NCBI GenBank assembly: GCA_048772705.1
Contig: JBLWGC010000037.1
Location: 1 to 22,180, forward strand
Direction: 5' to 3'
Length of the DNA stretch: 22,180 nucleotides
Source: Leidyana gryllorum EB-2025a
Taxonomy: Eukaryota > Protista > Apicomplexa
In this document: positions 7,738 through 16,884 of the stretch, piece after piece
Layout: the number at the start of each line of letters is the position of its first letter
Position numbering within the stretch: the first letter of the stretch is position 1
Position numbers and translations under genes: made by a program
The notes under the pieces: model-generated
What the model was told of the DNA's origin: nothing
The model's input: the letters and a program-made list of their open reading frames with translations, nothing else
Database searches by the model: none

Positions 7738-10700
7738 CCCCTCCCTCTTCCCCCAAGTTGAACGGGTTTCTGGGGTTGCGTTCATTCCATCGTCGTTTGA
7801 AGTCTGTGATGAGGTCGGCTCCCTCGGCTTCCAATACCGTCTCTGCTGTCTCCCAGGACTCGTCTGAGTATCCTACCCAGCGTACTCTATAGAACAGTTG
7901 CCCGTCTTCTTCTTTCCAACCAACAATGTCCCTCATGATGTATAATGAGTCATCGCTGATTGTTTCCGTGGTCTCTCGAGTGTTGTTGAATTTTTCCAGT
8001 CTCGACGAGTGAAACTTCGGGTGAATCCCCCATGTGTCTGGCAAGTCTAATCTGTAGGTGTCGTGCCCAGTGTCCTCGATAACGGTGAACGGTCCACAGA
8101 AGGGTAGGGCCAACTTGGAGGTGGGAACATGGCTGAGATGTTTTGTACTTAAGAGTACTTGTTCTCCCGGTTGGAAGGTCACTGGACGACGCCGCTTATT
8201 CGCCTGCTTTTCCTGTTGTTGAGCTGCTTCTCTCAATCGGTCTTGAGCCTCCTGCAGTTTCTGTAAGTATACCCTACCGAATGTGCTTCGCGTTCCTGCA
8301 ATGTCGCTCAGGTTTGACGGGAGAAGGGTGATTCTGCCCGTGTCAAGTTCCAACGGTGTGGCGTTGGTTGACTTTTGAACCGCCGTGTTATAGGCCATCT
8401 CAGTTGGGGCCAGGTGTTCGACCCACCTGTCCTGATGACCATTCAATGCGCATCTCAAGATCTGCAGTGTTGATCGATTCGCTCTCTCCACAAGCCCATT
8501 TGACTGTGGGTGATATGCGGTGGTCATGGCCAATGTGATGCCTAAAGCCTGCATAGTTTCTCTCCAGATCTCTGCAGTAAAACGAGGGTCTCTGTCCGAT
8601 ATCATCTTTCTGGGTACTCCATGAACCTGTATTATATTGCGTACGAAGAGCTGCGCTGCCTCCTTCGCCGATAGCTGCTTGTGACATGGTATGAGTCGAA
8701 CTCGCCGTGTAAGGCGATCGACAACGACCATGACGTAATCAAATCCCGTGTCTGTGTCCTTTGTGAGTTCCAGGAAGTCTATTCCAATTTCCGTCCATGG
8801 GAGTGTCGGATTGCTCAGGGGATGGAGTAATCCATGTGGTGCGTGATTTCTCTTCTTTGCCTTTTGGCAAATAGTGCAGCTTCTGCAATATTCTATCACA
8901 TCTGCTGCGAGTCCTCGCCAGGTGAATAAGGCTTTGATTCGGCCTGCGCTCTTCTCTGGTCCTAGGTGTCCCGCAATACGGCTGTCGTGATTGTCCGCCA
9001 GTATTTGTTTGATGATAGTTTCATCGTTTGGAACTTCTATAGTTCCTTGACCTGTGACAGGTAATCCGTGTATCCATTCAATTTCCTCTGTGCGTCCTGC
9101 CTCTTCTTTCCTCTCCGCCCAGGCTTTGCGTAACGCTTCCTCGATGTTCCCATTGGTCGCTATGTCCGTTCGACTTTCTGGATGGTTGTCGTCAACATCC
9201 GGCTCTCTCTCAGTTGCCTCTGTTATTTGTAGGTTGTTGCATTGCGCCCTCGGTTCACCCTCCGCCTTTCTCGGTCTGCTGAGTAAATCAGCAATTATAT
9301 TCTTGCTCCCTCGTATGTATTCGATTTCCAAATCCAACTCTGCCAGTGTGATCATCCACCTTACCTGTCTGTCTGAAAGGTGCGCTTGTTTCAGTAGGTA
9401 GGTCAGCGGTTTGTGGTCACTGAAAACTCTGACGTGTCTGCCCACCAATAGGTGCCTCCAGTGTCGGCAAGCGGCGACAATGGCGAGAAGTTCTCGCTCA
9501 TGTGTCGCGTATCTTCGTTGTTCGTCCGTGAGAGTGAGTGAGAAGAACTCTATGGGGCGCAGGCCTTCCTCCGTCTCTTGTTGTAATACAGCTCCGATAG
9601 CTACCGTGCTGGCGTCCGTGTGCATGATTAGTTCGTTTTTCGTGGGGTCTGGGAATGTTAGTTTCGCTGCGTTCCGTAGCTCCGCTTTGAGCCTCTCCAG
9701 TGCATTCTGTGAGTCCGACGTTGTTTCCACATGGTCGTGTGGCTTCGCCTTGCCACGTCCGAGATCGTAGAGTGGTTTCGCGGTATGCGCAAAATTTGGT
9801 ATAAATCGTCTATAATAATTTAGCATTCCCAGTATACTTTGAAGTTGCCGTAATGTTCGTGGGTGTTGAATGCCTCCCAGTGCGTCCGTTTTTGCTGGTA
9901 AGGGGCGTACGCCTCCCTCTCCTATCTCATGACCGATGTATTCCAGGTGTCTCTTGAAGAAATGTGACTTTCTTCGGTGAATGATGAGTTTGTGCTCCTC
10001 CAGTCGTTTCAATACTTCTTTCAGGTCTTCTCGGTGTTGTTCCTTCGATCGGGAGAAGATCAATACGTCATCCAGGTAAACGAATACACATTTCCCAATT
10101 AGCTCATGGAACACTTTATTCATCAGCTGCATGAACGTTGCTGGGGCGTTGGTGAGCCCATTGGGCATCACCGTCCACTCATATAAGCCCCAGTGAGTCG
10201 CGAAGGCCGTGAGGTACTGGTGATCTGGGTTCATGCGTATCTGATGATACCCAGCCTTGAGATCTAGAGTGGAGAGCCATTCAGCGCCACTAAGCATCTG
10301 TATCGCGTCATCCAGTGACGGGAGTGGGGAGGCTGTCTTCACGGTAAGTGCGTTAAGTTGTCTATAATCACACACCAATCTAGGTACTTCAGTGTCTTTC
10401 TTCGGAACGAACATACATGGCGCTGCCCAACTCGAGGTGCTCTGCACAATCTTTCCCGACCGTGTAAGTTCCGTGATTTGCGTTCTCATCTCCTCCAAAT
10501 ACTTCTGTGGTACTCTGTAAGGGCCTTGGACGTACGGTTTCACCTCTCCGCCTTGTAGAATGATCATGTGATCTATGCCCTCCCGTTGTGGGGGTAACGA
10601 TGTATTTTGGTTCAGAATTGTCGTGTACTTGTTGAATATTGAGACTTCTTCTTCCGGTACATCCAAGCCTTTCCACCACACTTCCCTTCCGTCGGTGTTC

Positions 10701-11197
10701 TCTCGCATAGTAAATACGTTATTCGTTCTCTGCGCTGGCCACCCCGTGCGTGTATGAGGTGTCGTTTGTAACGTTCGGGCTTCGCCTCCTATGCGGAGTC
10801 GTTTGAAGTCCGTAGTTCCGATGACTAAACCGAGTCTTGCTATCAGCGGTGTGGGCACAATGACATCGAACGCGACGTTGCTCATCATTGCTGCTTCGGT
10901 AACCACCTCTTGTCCCGTGGGTGTCCTTAGCTTCAGTCCCACCAGGTTGGTTTCCTTGTCTCCGTGAACTGAGCTGACCCATATCGTCTTTCCTGACCAT
11001 GGTAAATTTAGCTGTGTTGCCAAACGGTCGTTAACACATGTGACCGCTGCACCGGTATCGATGAGTATTTCAACCGTTGTATACGCATGTCGTCTTTCCG
11101 GATGTCCTATTGTCCATTGATCTGTGAGAACGTCTTCATTTCGGCTTCCCCATTGCTCGGTGTCGTCGCCAGCAGCACCTGGGGCCCGTGAAAATCC
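7733..11197 (-). CDS. pol: RE4 Pol polyprotein (PR-RT-RH-IN-chromodomain), probably expressed by -1 frameshift
   Basis: ORF 7733..11371; the real entry is likely the slippery site at 11191..11197. Motifs LIDTGAA, LDLKAGYHQI, YLDD, TDAS/ERELLA/SDHKPL, HHCC, IDF/SDRD/NGLVER, GPF, and YIMRDIVGW...YRVRWVGY..SWE. Confidence 0.96.
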   Translation of the reverse strand, partial: GFSRAPGAAGDDTEQWGSRNEDVLTDQWTIGHPERRHAYTTVEILIDTGAAVTCVNDRLATQLNLPWSGKTIWVSSVHGDKETNLVGLKLRTPTGQEVVTEAAMMSNVAFDVIVPTPLIARLGLVIGTTDFKRLRIGGEARTLQTTPHTRTGWPAQRTNNVFTMRENTDGREVWWKGLDVPEEEVSIFNKYTTILNQNTSLPPQREGIDHMIILQGGEVKPYVQGPYRVPQKYLEEMRTQITELTRSGKIVQSTSSWAAPCMFVPKKDTEVPRLVCDYRQLNALTVKTASPLPSLDDAIQMLSGAEWLSTLDLKAGYHQIRMNPDHQYLTAFATHWGLYEWTVMPNGLTNAPATFMQLMNKVFHELIGKCVFVYLDDVLIFSRSKEQHREDLKEVLKRLEEHKLIIHRRKSHFFKRHLEYIGHEIGEGGVRPLPAKTDALGGIQHPRTLRQLQSILGMLNYYRRFIPNFAHTAKPLYDLGRGKAKPHDHVETTSDSQNALERLKAELRNAAKLTFPDPTKNELIMHTDASTVAIGAVLQQETEEGLRPIEFFSLTLTDEQRRYATHERELLAIVAACRHWRHLLVGRHVRVFSDHKPLTYLLKQAHLSDRQVRWMITLAELDLEIEYIRGSKNIIADLLSRPRKAEGEPRAQCNNLQITEATEREPDVDDNHPESRTDIATNGNIEEALRKAWAERKEEAGRTEEIEWIHGLPVTGQGTIEVPNDETIIKQILADNHDSRIAGHLGPEKSAGRIKALFTWRGLAADVIEYCRSCTICQKAKKRNHAPHGLLHPLSNPTLPWTEIGIDFLELTKDTDTGFDYVMVVVDRLTRRVRLIPCHKQLSAKEAAQLFVRNIIQVHGVPRKMISDRDPRFTAEIWRETMQALGITLAMTTAYHPQSNGLVERANRSTLQILRCALNGHQDRWVEHLAPTEMAYNTAVQKSTNATPLELDTGRITLLPSNLSDIAGTRSTFGRVYLQKLQEAQDRLREAAQQQEKQANKRRRPVTFQPGEQVLLSTKHLSHVPTSKLALPFCGPFTVIEDTGHDTYRLDLPDTWGIHPKFHSSRLEKFNNTRETTETISDDSLYIMRDIVGWKEEDGQLFYRVRWVGYSDESWETAETVLEAEGADLITDFKRRWNERNPRNPFNLGEEGGV
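7738..7753 (-). other. RE4 polypurine tract
   Basis: GGGGAAGAGGGAGGGG abuts the LTR; it also encodes the last Pol residues (GEEGG). Confidence 0.9.
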
Positions 11198-12261
11198 CGA
11201 CTTGTGGTCGCGAAGACCTTTCTTGGTGGTTCCTCTCCGCCTTTCGGTCTTCCTTGCGAAGCGGGCCTTTTGTCGTCCCTGGGCTCCGGACATTTCCACG
11301 CTATGTGTTCGGTGGAGCCGCAATTGAAACATCGCCTTTGTGCGATGCACTCGGAGTGGCTGTACTGGCATCTATGCCCCACTCTTCCTCCCGTACTCCT
11401 CTGCGTGGCCAGGACGTGTATCGGCTCCGACGTCATCTTATTCTCCATGGCCGCGGCATACTGTAACGCCCTATGGCACAGTTGTTGTACTCCTGCCCCA
11501 ATGTGGGGTGCCATGGCTAATCGGTCCGTCGTTGGTAATCCTTGAAGGAAGAAATTAGTGCGCGTTGTGTCGGGTACTGATTGCGGTATTCCCAGATTCA
11601 AGGCTTTGAAGTGGTTGACGTATTCGGCCATAGTGCCCGTCTTTTTGATTCTCGCCATTCGTGTTAGATCATCATCAATCATTGTCAATGCGTCGAACTG
11701 AGTCACAATCTTCTGTGTGAATTCCGTCCAGCTTCCTTCTAATACTTCTGGGTTGCTAAGAAGCCATCTTCCGGCCACTCCTGTTAGCATCGCACATGCC
11801 GTACGGACTTTCGACGCTTCTTCCGTAACTCCGAATGTCAGGAACTTGGCCGCACATCCATCTAACCAGTTCCTTACCGATCCGTTTCCGTCGAAATACT
11901 CGCTCTTCTTGAGTAGATCGGTCACTATCTGAGCTGGTGGGGCCCTGTTCCTCGGTTGTGTGACCGGTCCGTCTCCATTTCCTCCCTTGTCACGCTGTTC
12001 GGCTTTTGTTGGCTGTCCTACCGCCTTCTGAATGAAATCTGCCACTGCTATCAACTGTTCCATCGTGGTCATGCATTCGGTAGTCGTTGGGCTATCCACA
12101 TTGCGGTCTAATTGTTTTGCCGCTGATCCTTCCTCGATCCCAATTGTTGATTCCATCGAAGGTTCCGTTGTTGTTTTATGACACGCACTGCTACCAATGT
12201 AGTCTGCGTCTAGGCTACCTGCTCGGTTCTGTCGCAATGCTCGACCGCTTCGTAGATCCAT
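11107..12261 (-). CDS. gag: RE4 Gag (capsid-like domain plus CCHC zinc knuckle)
   Basis: ORF 11107..12273 with first ATG at 12261, inside the 5' LTR (MDLRSGR). FDG...NWLD...GVAGRW...W.EF, and CFNCGSTEHIAWKC. Confidence 0.93.
   Translation of the reverse strand: MDLRSGRALRQNRAGSLDADYIGSSACHKTTTEPSMESTIGIEEGSAAKQLDRNVDSPTTTECMTTMEQLIAVADFIQKAVGQPTKAEQRDKGGNGDGPVTQPRNRAPPAQIVTDLLKKSEYFDGNGSVRNWLDGCAAKFLTFGVTEEASKVRTACAMLTGVAGRWLLSNPEVLEGSWTEFTQKIVTQFDALTMIDDDLTRMARIKKTGTMAEYVNHFKALNLGIPQSVPDTTRTNFFLQGLPTTDRLAMAPHIGAGVQQLCHRALQYAAAMENKMTSEPIHVLATQRSTGGRVGHRCQYSHSECIAQRRCFNCGSTEHIAWKCPEPRDDKRPASQGRPKGGEEPPRKVFATTSRDFHGPQVLLATTPSNGEAEMKTFSQINGQ
12183..12196 (-). other. RE4 primer-binding site (tRNA-iMet-like)
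   Basis: TGGTAGCAGTGCGT, 1 nt after the 5' LTR end; identical to the RE1 PBS. Confidence 0.87.
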
Positions 12262-12365
12262 TCGTGTGTACAATCTTAGTTGTGTTCTTAGTTCGTGTGT
12301 GCGTCCAAAAACCGTGTCTGTGTCTCCGTGCCGGTCTTGCCGGCCGGCCCGGAGACACGCTTACA
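12198..12365 (-). repeat. RE4 5' LTR (168 bp)
   Basis: Direct repeat of 7570..7737; contains the gag ATG. Confidence 0.96.
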
Positions 12366-12370
12366 CATAC

Positions 12371-15157
12371 CCACCCGAACGGGGTTTCTTCGACTTCGAG
12401 ATACAACTCCGCCCTAACGCCAAATCGAGCTTCGAAAGACCTTACGCCAGCACCGGGAAACAGCGGGAAGAAATAATCCGCCAACTGCATGAACTCGCCG
12501 AGCAGGGGAAAATCCGACAGTCGAAGTCAGAGTGGGGAGCTCCCTGTTTCCTGGTCCCCAAGCGAGACAATCCAATACCTCGAATGGTGATCAATTATAA
12601 AAGTTTGAACGCGCAGACGGTTACTTACGCCTACCCGATACCGAGACCCGACCTCGCAGCAGCCGCATTACGACAAGCCAGAGTGTTCTCGAAGCTGGAC
12701 TTGCGCTCAGGATATCATCAGATCAGGATCCGAGAAGAAAGCCGACACCTCACAGCCTTCTCCACACCAATCGGACAATACGAGTGGACCGTCTTACCAT
12801 TTGGGCTCAAGAATGCACCACCGGCGTTTGTAGCATTCATGGAAGCGATCCTACAACAACATATTGGGAAATGCGTCACCGCTTACGTGGATGACGTCCT
12901 GGTCTACAGCCCCAGCACTGAACAGCACCGGCGGGACCTACGCACAATCCTGGACATCTTCGCGAAGCACCAATTGATTATCCACCCTGGAAAGTCGAAA
13001 TTTTTTCTGAGCCATGTCAGTTTCATCGGACAGCACATCGATCAGCGCGGGATCAGACCCGAACCAGACCGCCAGAATGCCCTAAGCGAGCTCCCACCTC
13101 CCACAACGATGGGTGAGCTTCGAAAGGCTATAGGGGCCATGACCTACTACGCTAAATACATTCCCGGATTTGCGACACTCACAGCCCCTTTTCATCAGGT
13201 CATCAACAAGTGCAACAGGAAGTCGGATAAGGTGAAGTGGGACGACAACCACCTAGCCGCTTGGGAACGACTGAAGGGTGCCTTTGGGGCTGACCTCACA
13301 CTAGGTGTTGTGGACGAGAACGCAGATTTCCATGTCACTACCGACGCGAGCAACTTTGCGATCGGGGGAACTCTCGAACAATGGACCAGTGGGAGCAGGA
13401 ACATCATCGAGCACTTCAGTGCTAAGCTCAACGCCACCCAGCAGAACTGGGCAGTTCACGAACGTGAGCTGTGGGCAATCCTCTCGGCCCTCAAGAGGTG
13501 GAGACATTACCTCCTCAGCCGCGACTTCTACGTGCATACCGACCATAAACCCCTCACTGTACTCACCAAAGGGAGCGGGGCCCTGAGTGCAAAGGTGGTT
13601 CGTTGGCTCGTCAAGATATCACAGTACCCCGTCCGCATAGACTACATCCCCGGGAGCTTGAACCAGCTGGCTGACCTACTCAGTCGAGCAGGCGCGAAGA
13701 CAACCGCGCCGCACGTGTGGATGCTAACCCAGCAAAATAGCACGGACTTTACACAGGCCCTCAAGGAGGCAGTCCGGTTGATCGAAGAACCACCGCAGGG
13801 ATTCAGCCGGGAGCGCGAATGGATTGTCGATGAGTATGGGCGCTTGTTTGTGCCACCCGAACTACGCGGCGTGGTGCTGGCTGAGAATCACGACTCCCTT
13901 TTGGCGGGACATCTGGCCACTGACAGAACTCTAATGAAGGTACGGAGCCACTTCAACTGGCCCGGACTGACCGAAGATGTCCGAAAGTTTTGCCAGGAGT
14001 GCCTAACATGCCAACGAGCCAAGTCCCTCACCCGAAAACCGCTCGGTCTCCTCAACCCGATTGATCCACCAACGCTACCCTGGGAAGAGATCTCCATAGA
14101 CCTCATCTCGATGCCTCCGGACCCGAACACGGGACACGACTGCATCATGACAATGATTGACAGATTGACACGAAGACTTCTACTCGAGCCATGCCAACAC
14201 ACCGCAACCGCCGAGAGTTGCGCAGGGATCCTGCTGAATAGGGTCGTCCGAGAGCATGGTTTCCCAAAGGCCATCGTGAGTGACCGTGACAAACGCTGGC
14301 TGAACGAGATATGGGAAGCACTTCTACGAGCAGCGGGTACACAGCTCAAAGCCAGCACCCGTGGGCACCCCCAAACCAATGGCTTGCTAGAACGAGCGCA
14401 CAGAACTCTCATTCAGATCCTACGCACAGCATGCGAGAACGAACTGCAGGCGGCGTGGACCACCAAAATTGCATCTGTGGAGTTCGCCTATAACTCACTG
14501 CCGAACGCGGCAACTGGACTGAGCCCCTTCGAGGCGGAGCGAGGGTACATCCCTCGAGTTCCTTTGACCTTAGATCTTCCACCAGGAATCACCACAAGAG
14601 GTCTGCACAGCGAGGCCGTCACAACTATCCAAGATCGAATAAGGGACGCCCAGGCCCGACAAAAACGCGAATACGATAAGCATCACTCCGCCTCCCCTGT
14701 CCGCGAAGGTGACCTGGTTCTACTGCGAACCACAGGGGTGAAGGGAGCGCCAAAAGGGAAGCTGCGAAAATGCTACATGGGCCCGTTCAGGGTAGCCCGC
14801 GAACTGGGATGCGATGTCTTCGAACTAAGCCTACCACCCGAGTGGAGAGGACTGCGGAAGTTTCACGTCTCACGACTCAAAGAGTTCCACGGCGAAGTGC
14901 CCAGCTCCGACATAGGAGAGATCTACCAGATGGAGTCGGTACTAGCACAACGCCTCACAGATCGGGAATTGGAGTTCCTCGTGAAGTGGGCGGGATATCC
15001 CCGTGAAGAGGCGACATGGGAGACCCTCAGGACACTGCTGGAAGCGGATGCGATGGACCTGATCCTGGAGTACAGAGCTAAATGGAACAACGCGAAACAG
15101 GGCATCCCTTTTACTACTGACGAACTGACTGGAGCGGACATCTCGCCCGCGGACTGA
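12371..15157 (+). pseudogene. pol: RE3 pol 3' part (RT, RNase H, integrase, chromodomain), open frame but separated from its 5' part by RE4
   Basis: Removing RE4 and one TSD joins ...RETKAY (7569) to PPERGFFDFEIQL (12371) in frame. Motifs LDLRSGYHQI, YVDD, TDAS/ERELWA/TDHKPL, HHCC, IDL/SDRD/NGLLER, GPF, and YQMESVL...FLVKWAGY...TWE. Confidence 0.93.
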
Positions 15158-15177
15158 CAGAGAAAAGGAGGGAGTGG

Positions 15178-15424
15178 TGTAAGGATTACACTGCGGCCAG
15201 ATCACTGGGCAGAGGTGACCTTTTAGCTACAGCAGACTGTGACCTTTTTAGTTACATGAACACACGTGTCTCCACGGAGACACCGGCATTAACAGACACG
15301 CACGCACTAGATCTAATGACCATGACCACACGTTCCAAGAAAGGATCGGTGATCCCTAAGAAGCTTACCCTGAAGGCCAGGGGCAATGCCCGCACTGACC
15401 CAGACCCTGAGCCCGAGACTCACA
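15178..15424 (+). repeat. RE3 3' LTR (247 bp)
   Basis: TGTAAG start after the purine tract AGAGAAAAGGAGGGAGTGG (15159..15177); ends TCACA; the distal 161 bp match 6037..6197. Confidence 0.92.
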
Positions 15425-15434
15425 TAACACTCCG

Positions 15435-16208
15435 TGTTTGTGCAGGTCGGCGAAACCCGCAAGGGTGAGCCCGACCATTACCGTAGGTTTTTTGGGGGTT
15501 CTTAGGGGGTACCAGAAACGACTTTTAGTGAAATAGGAATTTGATTAGAAGCTCTGGACTAGCTCTCTCGCTTACCTTAGGAATAGTAGTGGCCTGATTA
15601 GTTAGCAGCCAGATTTTAGGCGAAATCTCACCGCTAGAATAGGAGATAGGCGACTCTCTCGAGCTCTCGGAGACACGAGAAGGCCTGATTTTTGCAAAAA
15701 TGAGACTTCCCAAACTTCAATTGGCTCGTTCGCTACAGCAAACTAGCCTCCCATCGAGATACAAGGGTTGTGCAGGTCGGCGAAACCCGCAAGGGTGAGC
15801 CCGACCATTACTGTAACCGGTCGGCCGGTTAGCGCGAGTACCGCTACGTAGACTAACTCCCATTCCGAATCTCTGTCCCTCTGTTTGTGCAGGTCGGCGA
15901 AACCCGCAAGGGTGAGCCCGACCATTACCGTAGGTTTTTTTGGGGGTTTTTAGGGGGTACCAGAAACGACTTTTAGTGAAATAGGAATTTGATTAGGAGC
16001 TCTAGACTAGCTCTCTCGCTTACCTTAGGAATAGTAGTGGCCTGATTAGTTAGCAGCCAGATTTTAGGCGAAATCTCACTGCTAGAATAGGAGATAGGCG
16101 ACTCTCTCGAGCTCTCTGAGACACGAGAAGGCCTGATTTTTGCAAAAATGAGACTTCCCAAACTTCAATTGGCTCGTTCGCTACAGCAAACTAGCCTCCC
16201 ATCGAGAT
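15435..16208. repeat. Tandem duplication, ~447/448-bp unit (about 1.7 copies), with three copies of a 32-nt hairpin
   Basis: 15435..15760 recurs at 15882..16208 with few substitutions. TTGTGCAGGTCGGCGAAACCCGCAAGGGTGAGCCCGACCATTAC occurs three times (hairpins at 15445, 15775, 15892). Confidence 0.9.
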
Positions 16209-16671
16209 GTAAGGGTCGTCAGACACCTTAATTTAGCTCTCGTGCGGCTCGCAAGCAACAGATAGCAGCCCAAACGAGCCACTTTTCCCAAGATTTGGTG
16301 TGCGAGACGTGGGACTTGGACTGTTATTTTTGTTCTCAGATCCAAAAAGCCCTCTTCTCGCTCGCGCTCGCTTTCTTCCCCCCCAGATGTTCCCAAGACG
16401 TGACCTCGTGCCACTCAGACTGGTCTGGCACGTTCCCACACCAAGTAAGTTCCCGCAACTGATCCCCACACATCTCAGAAAGCCCCCAAGGAGCTTCGCC
16501 ACTTTGCGACCAGAGCCTCACCTCCCCGTTGTGCACTTTTTATCCCAGCCAACTGACCCCCATTCGCTACCTGCCCCAACCAGCATCCAGTGACGCCCCA
16601 GCTAACATCTCATTGAGTCATTCTCAGTCTCCCCTACCGTCTTTCTCGTCTTATTGGGTGTCTCTAAACGA

Positions 16672-16850
16672 AATTTATCACATTTTTTTGATGTCGTCAC
16701 CCTTATCTCGTTACAAGTTTATCGGTGTTTTTTGATGTCGTCATCCTTATCTCGTTACAAATTCATCGGAATTTTTCATGTCGTCATCCTTAACCCGTTA
16801 CTAATTCATCGGATTTTTTCGTGTCGTCATCCTTAACCCCCCCTTACCAA
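16672..16850. repeat. Four tandem 43/44-bp repeats
   Basis: Core TGTCGTCA(C/T)CCTTA at 16692, 16736, 16779 and 16822, each preceded by a T run. Confidence 0.88.
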
Positions 16851-16884
16851 ATTTTCAAAAAAGCAGAGTTCGTCACCAGTGTGC

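Larger units (their letters stand above)
7570..12365 (-). mobile_element. RE4: full-length, apparently intact chromovirus-type LTR retrotransposon (4796 bp) with 5-bp TSD
   Basis: 168-bp LTRs identical by eye (7570..7737, 12198..12365; TGTAAG...CTACA). TSD CATAC at 7565..7569 and 12366..12370. PBS 12183..12196, PPT 7738..7753, open gag and pol. Confidence 0.97.
6037..15424 (+). mobile_element. RE3: decayed chromovirus-type LTR retrotransposon (~4.7 kb when RE4 is removed), host to the RE2 and RE4 insertions
   Basis: The 5' LTR remnant 6037..6197 matches 15263..15423 (one mismatch seen). PBS 6198..6208, gag, pol split by RE4 with TSD CATAC, PPT 15159..15177, 3' LTR 15178..15424. Confidence 0.93.

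Noticed and set aside
11198-11371. Pol start at 11371 suggested by the ORF track
   Set aside because: This part overlaps gag upstream of the conserved slippery site and has no counterpart in RE1 Pol; it is just an open -1 frame.
12266-12370. N-terminus of the 963-aa ORF 12266..15157
   Set aside because: The first ~35 codons are antisense RE4 LTR plus TSD with a non-ATG start; the true upstream pol sequence is at 7002..7569.
15445-15476. Hammerhead/twister ribozyme or SRP RNA helix 8 (GAAAC-stem-GU and CAGGUCGG resemblance)
   Set aside because: No CUGANGA core, the would-be cleavage triplet is GUG, twister pseudoknot pairings were not found, and the SRP GGAAAC/GAGCAG partner is absent.
15525-16593. 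60-97-aa ORFs in the 448-bp repeat and adjacent spacer
   Set aside because: No recognisable motifs, mostly non-ATG starts, and their duplication simply follows the DNA repeat.
16672-16850. CRISPR array
   Set aside because: The units are wholly repeated with no unique spacers, there are no cas genes, and the context is eukaryotic.
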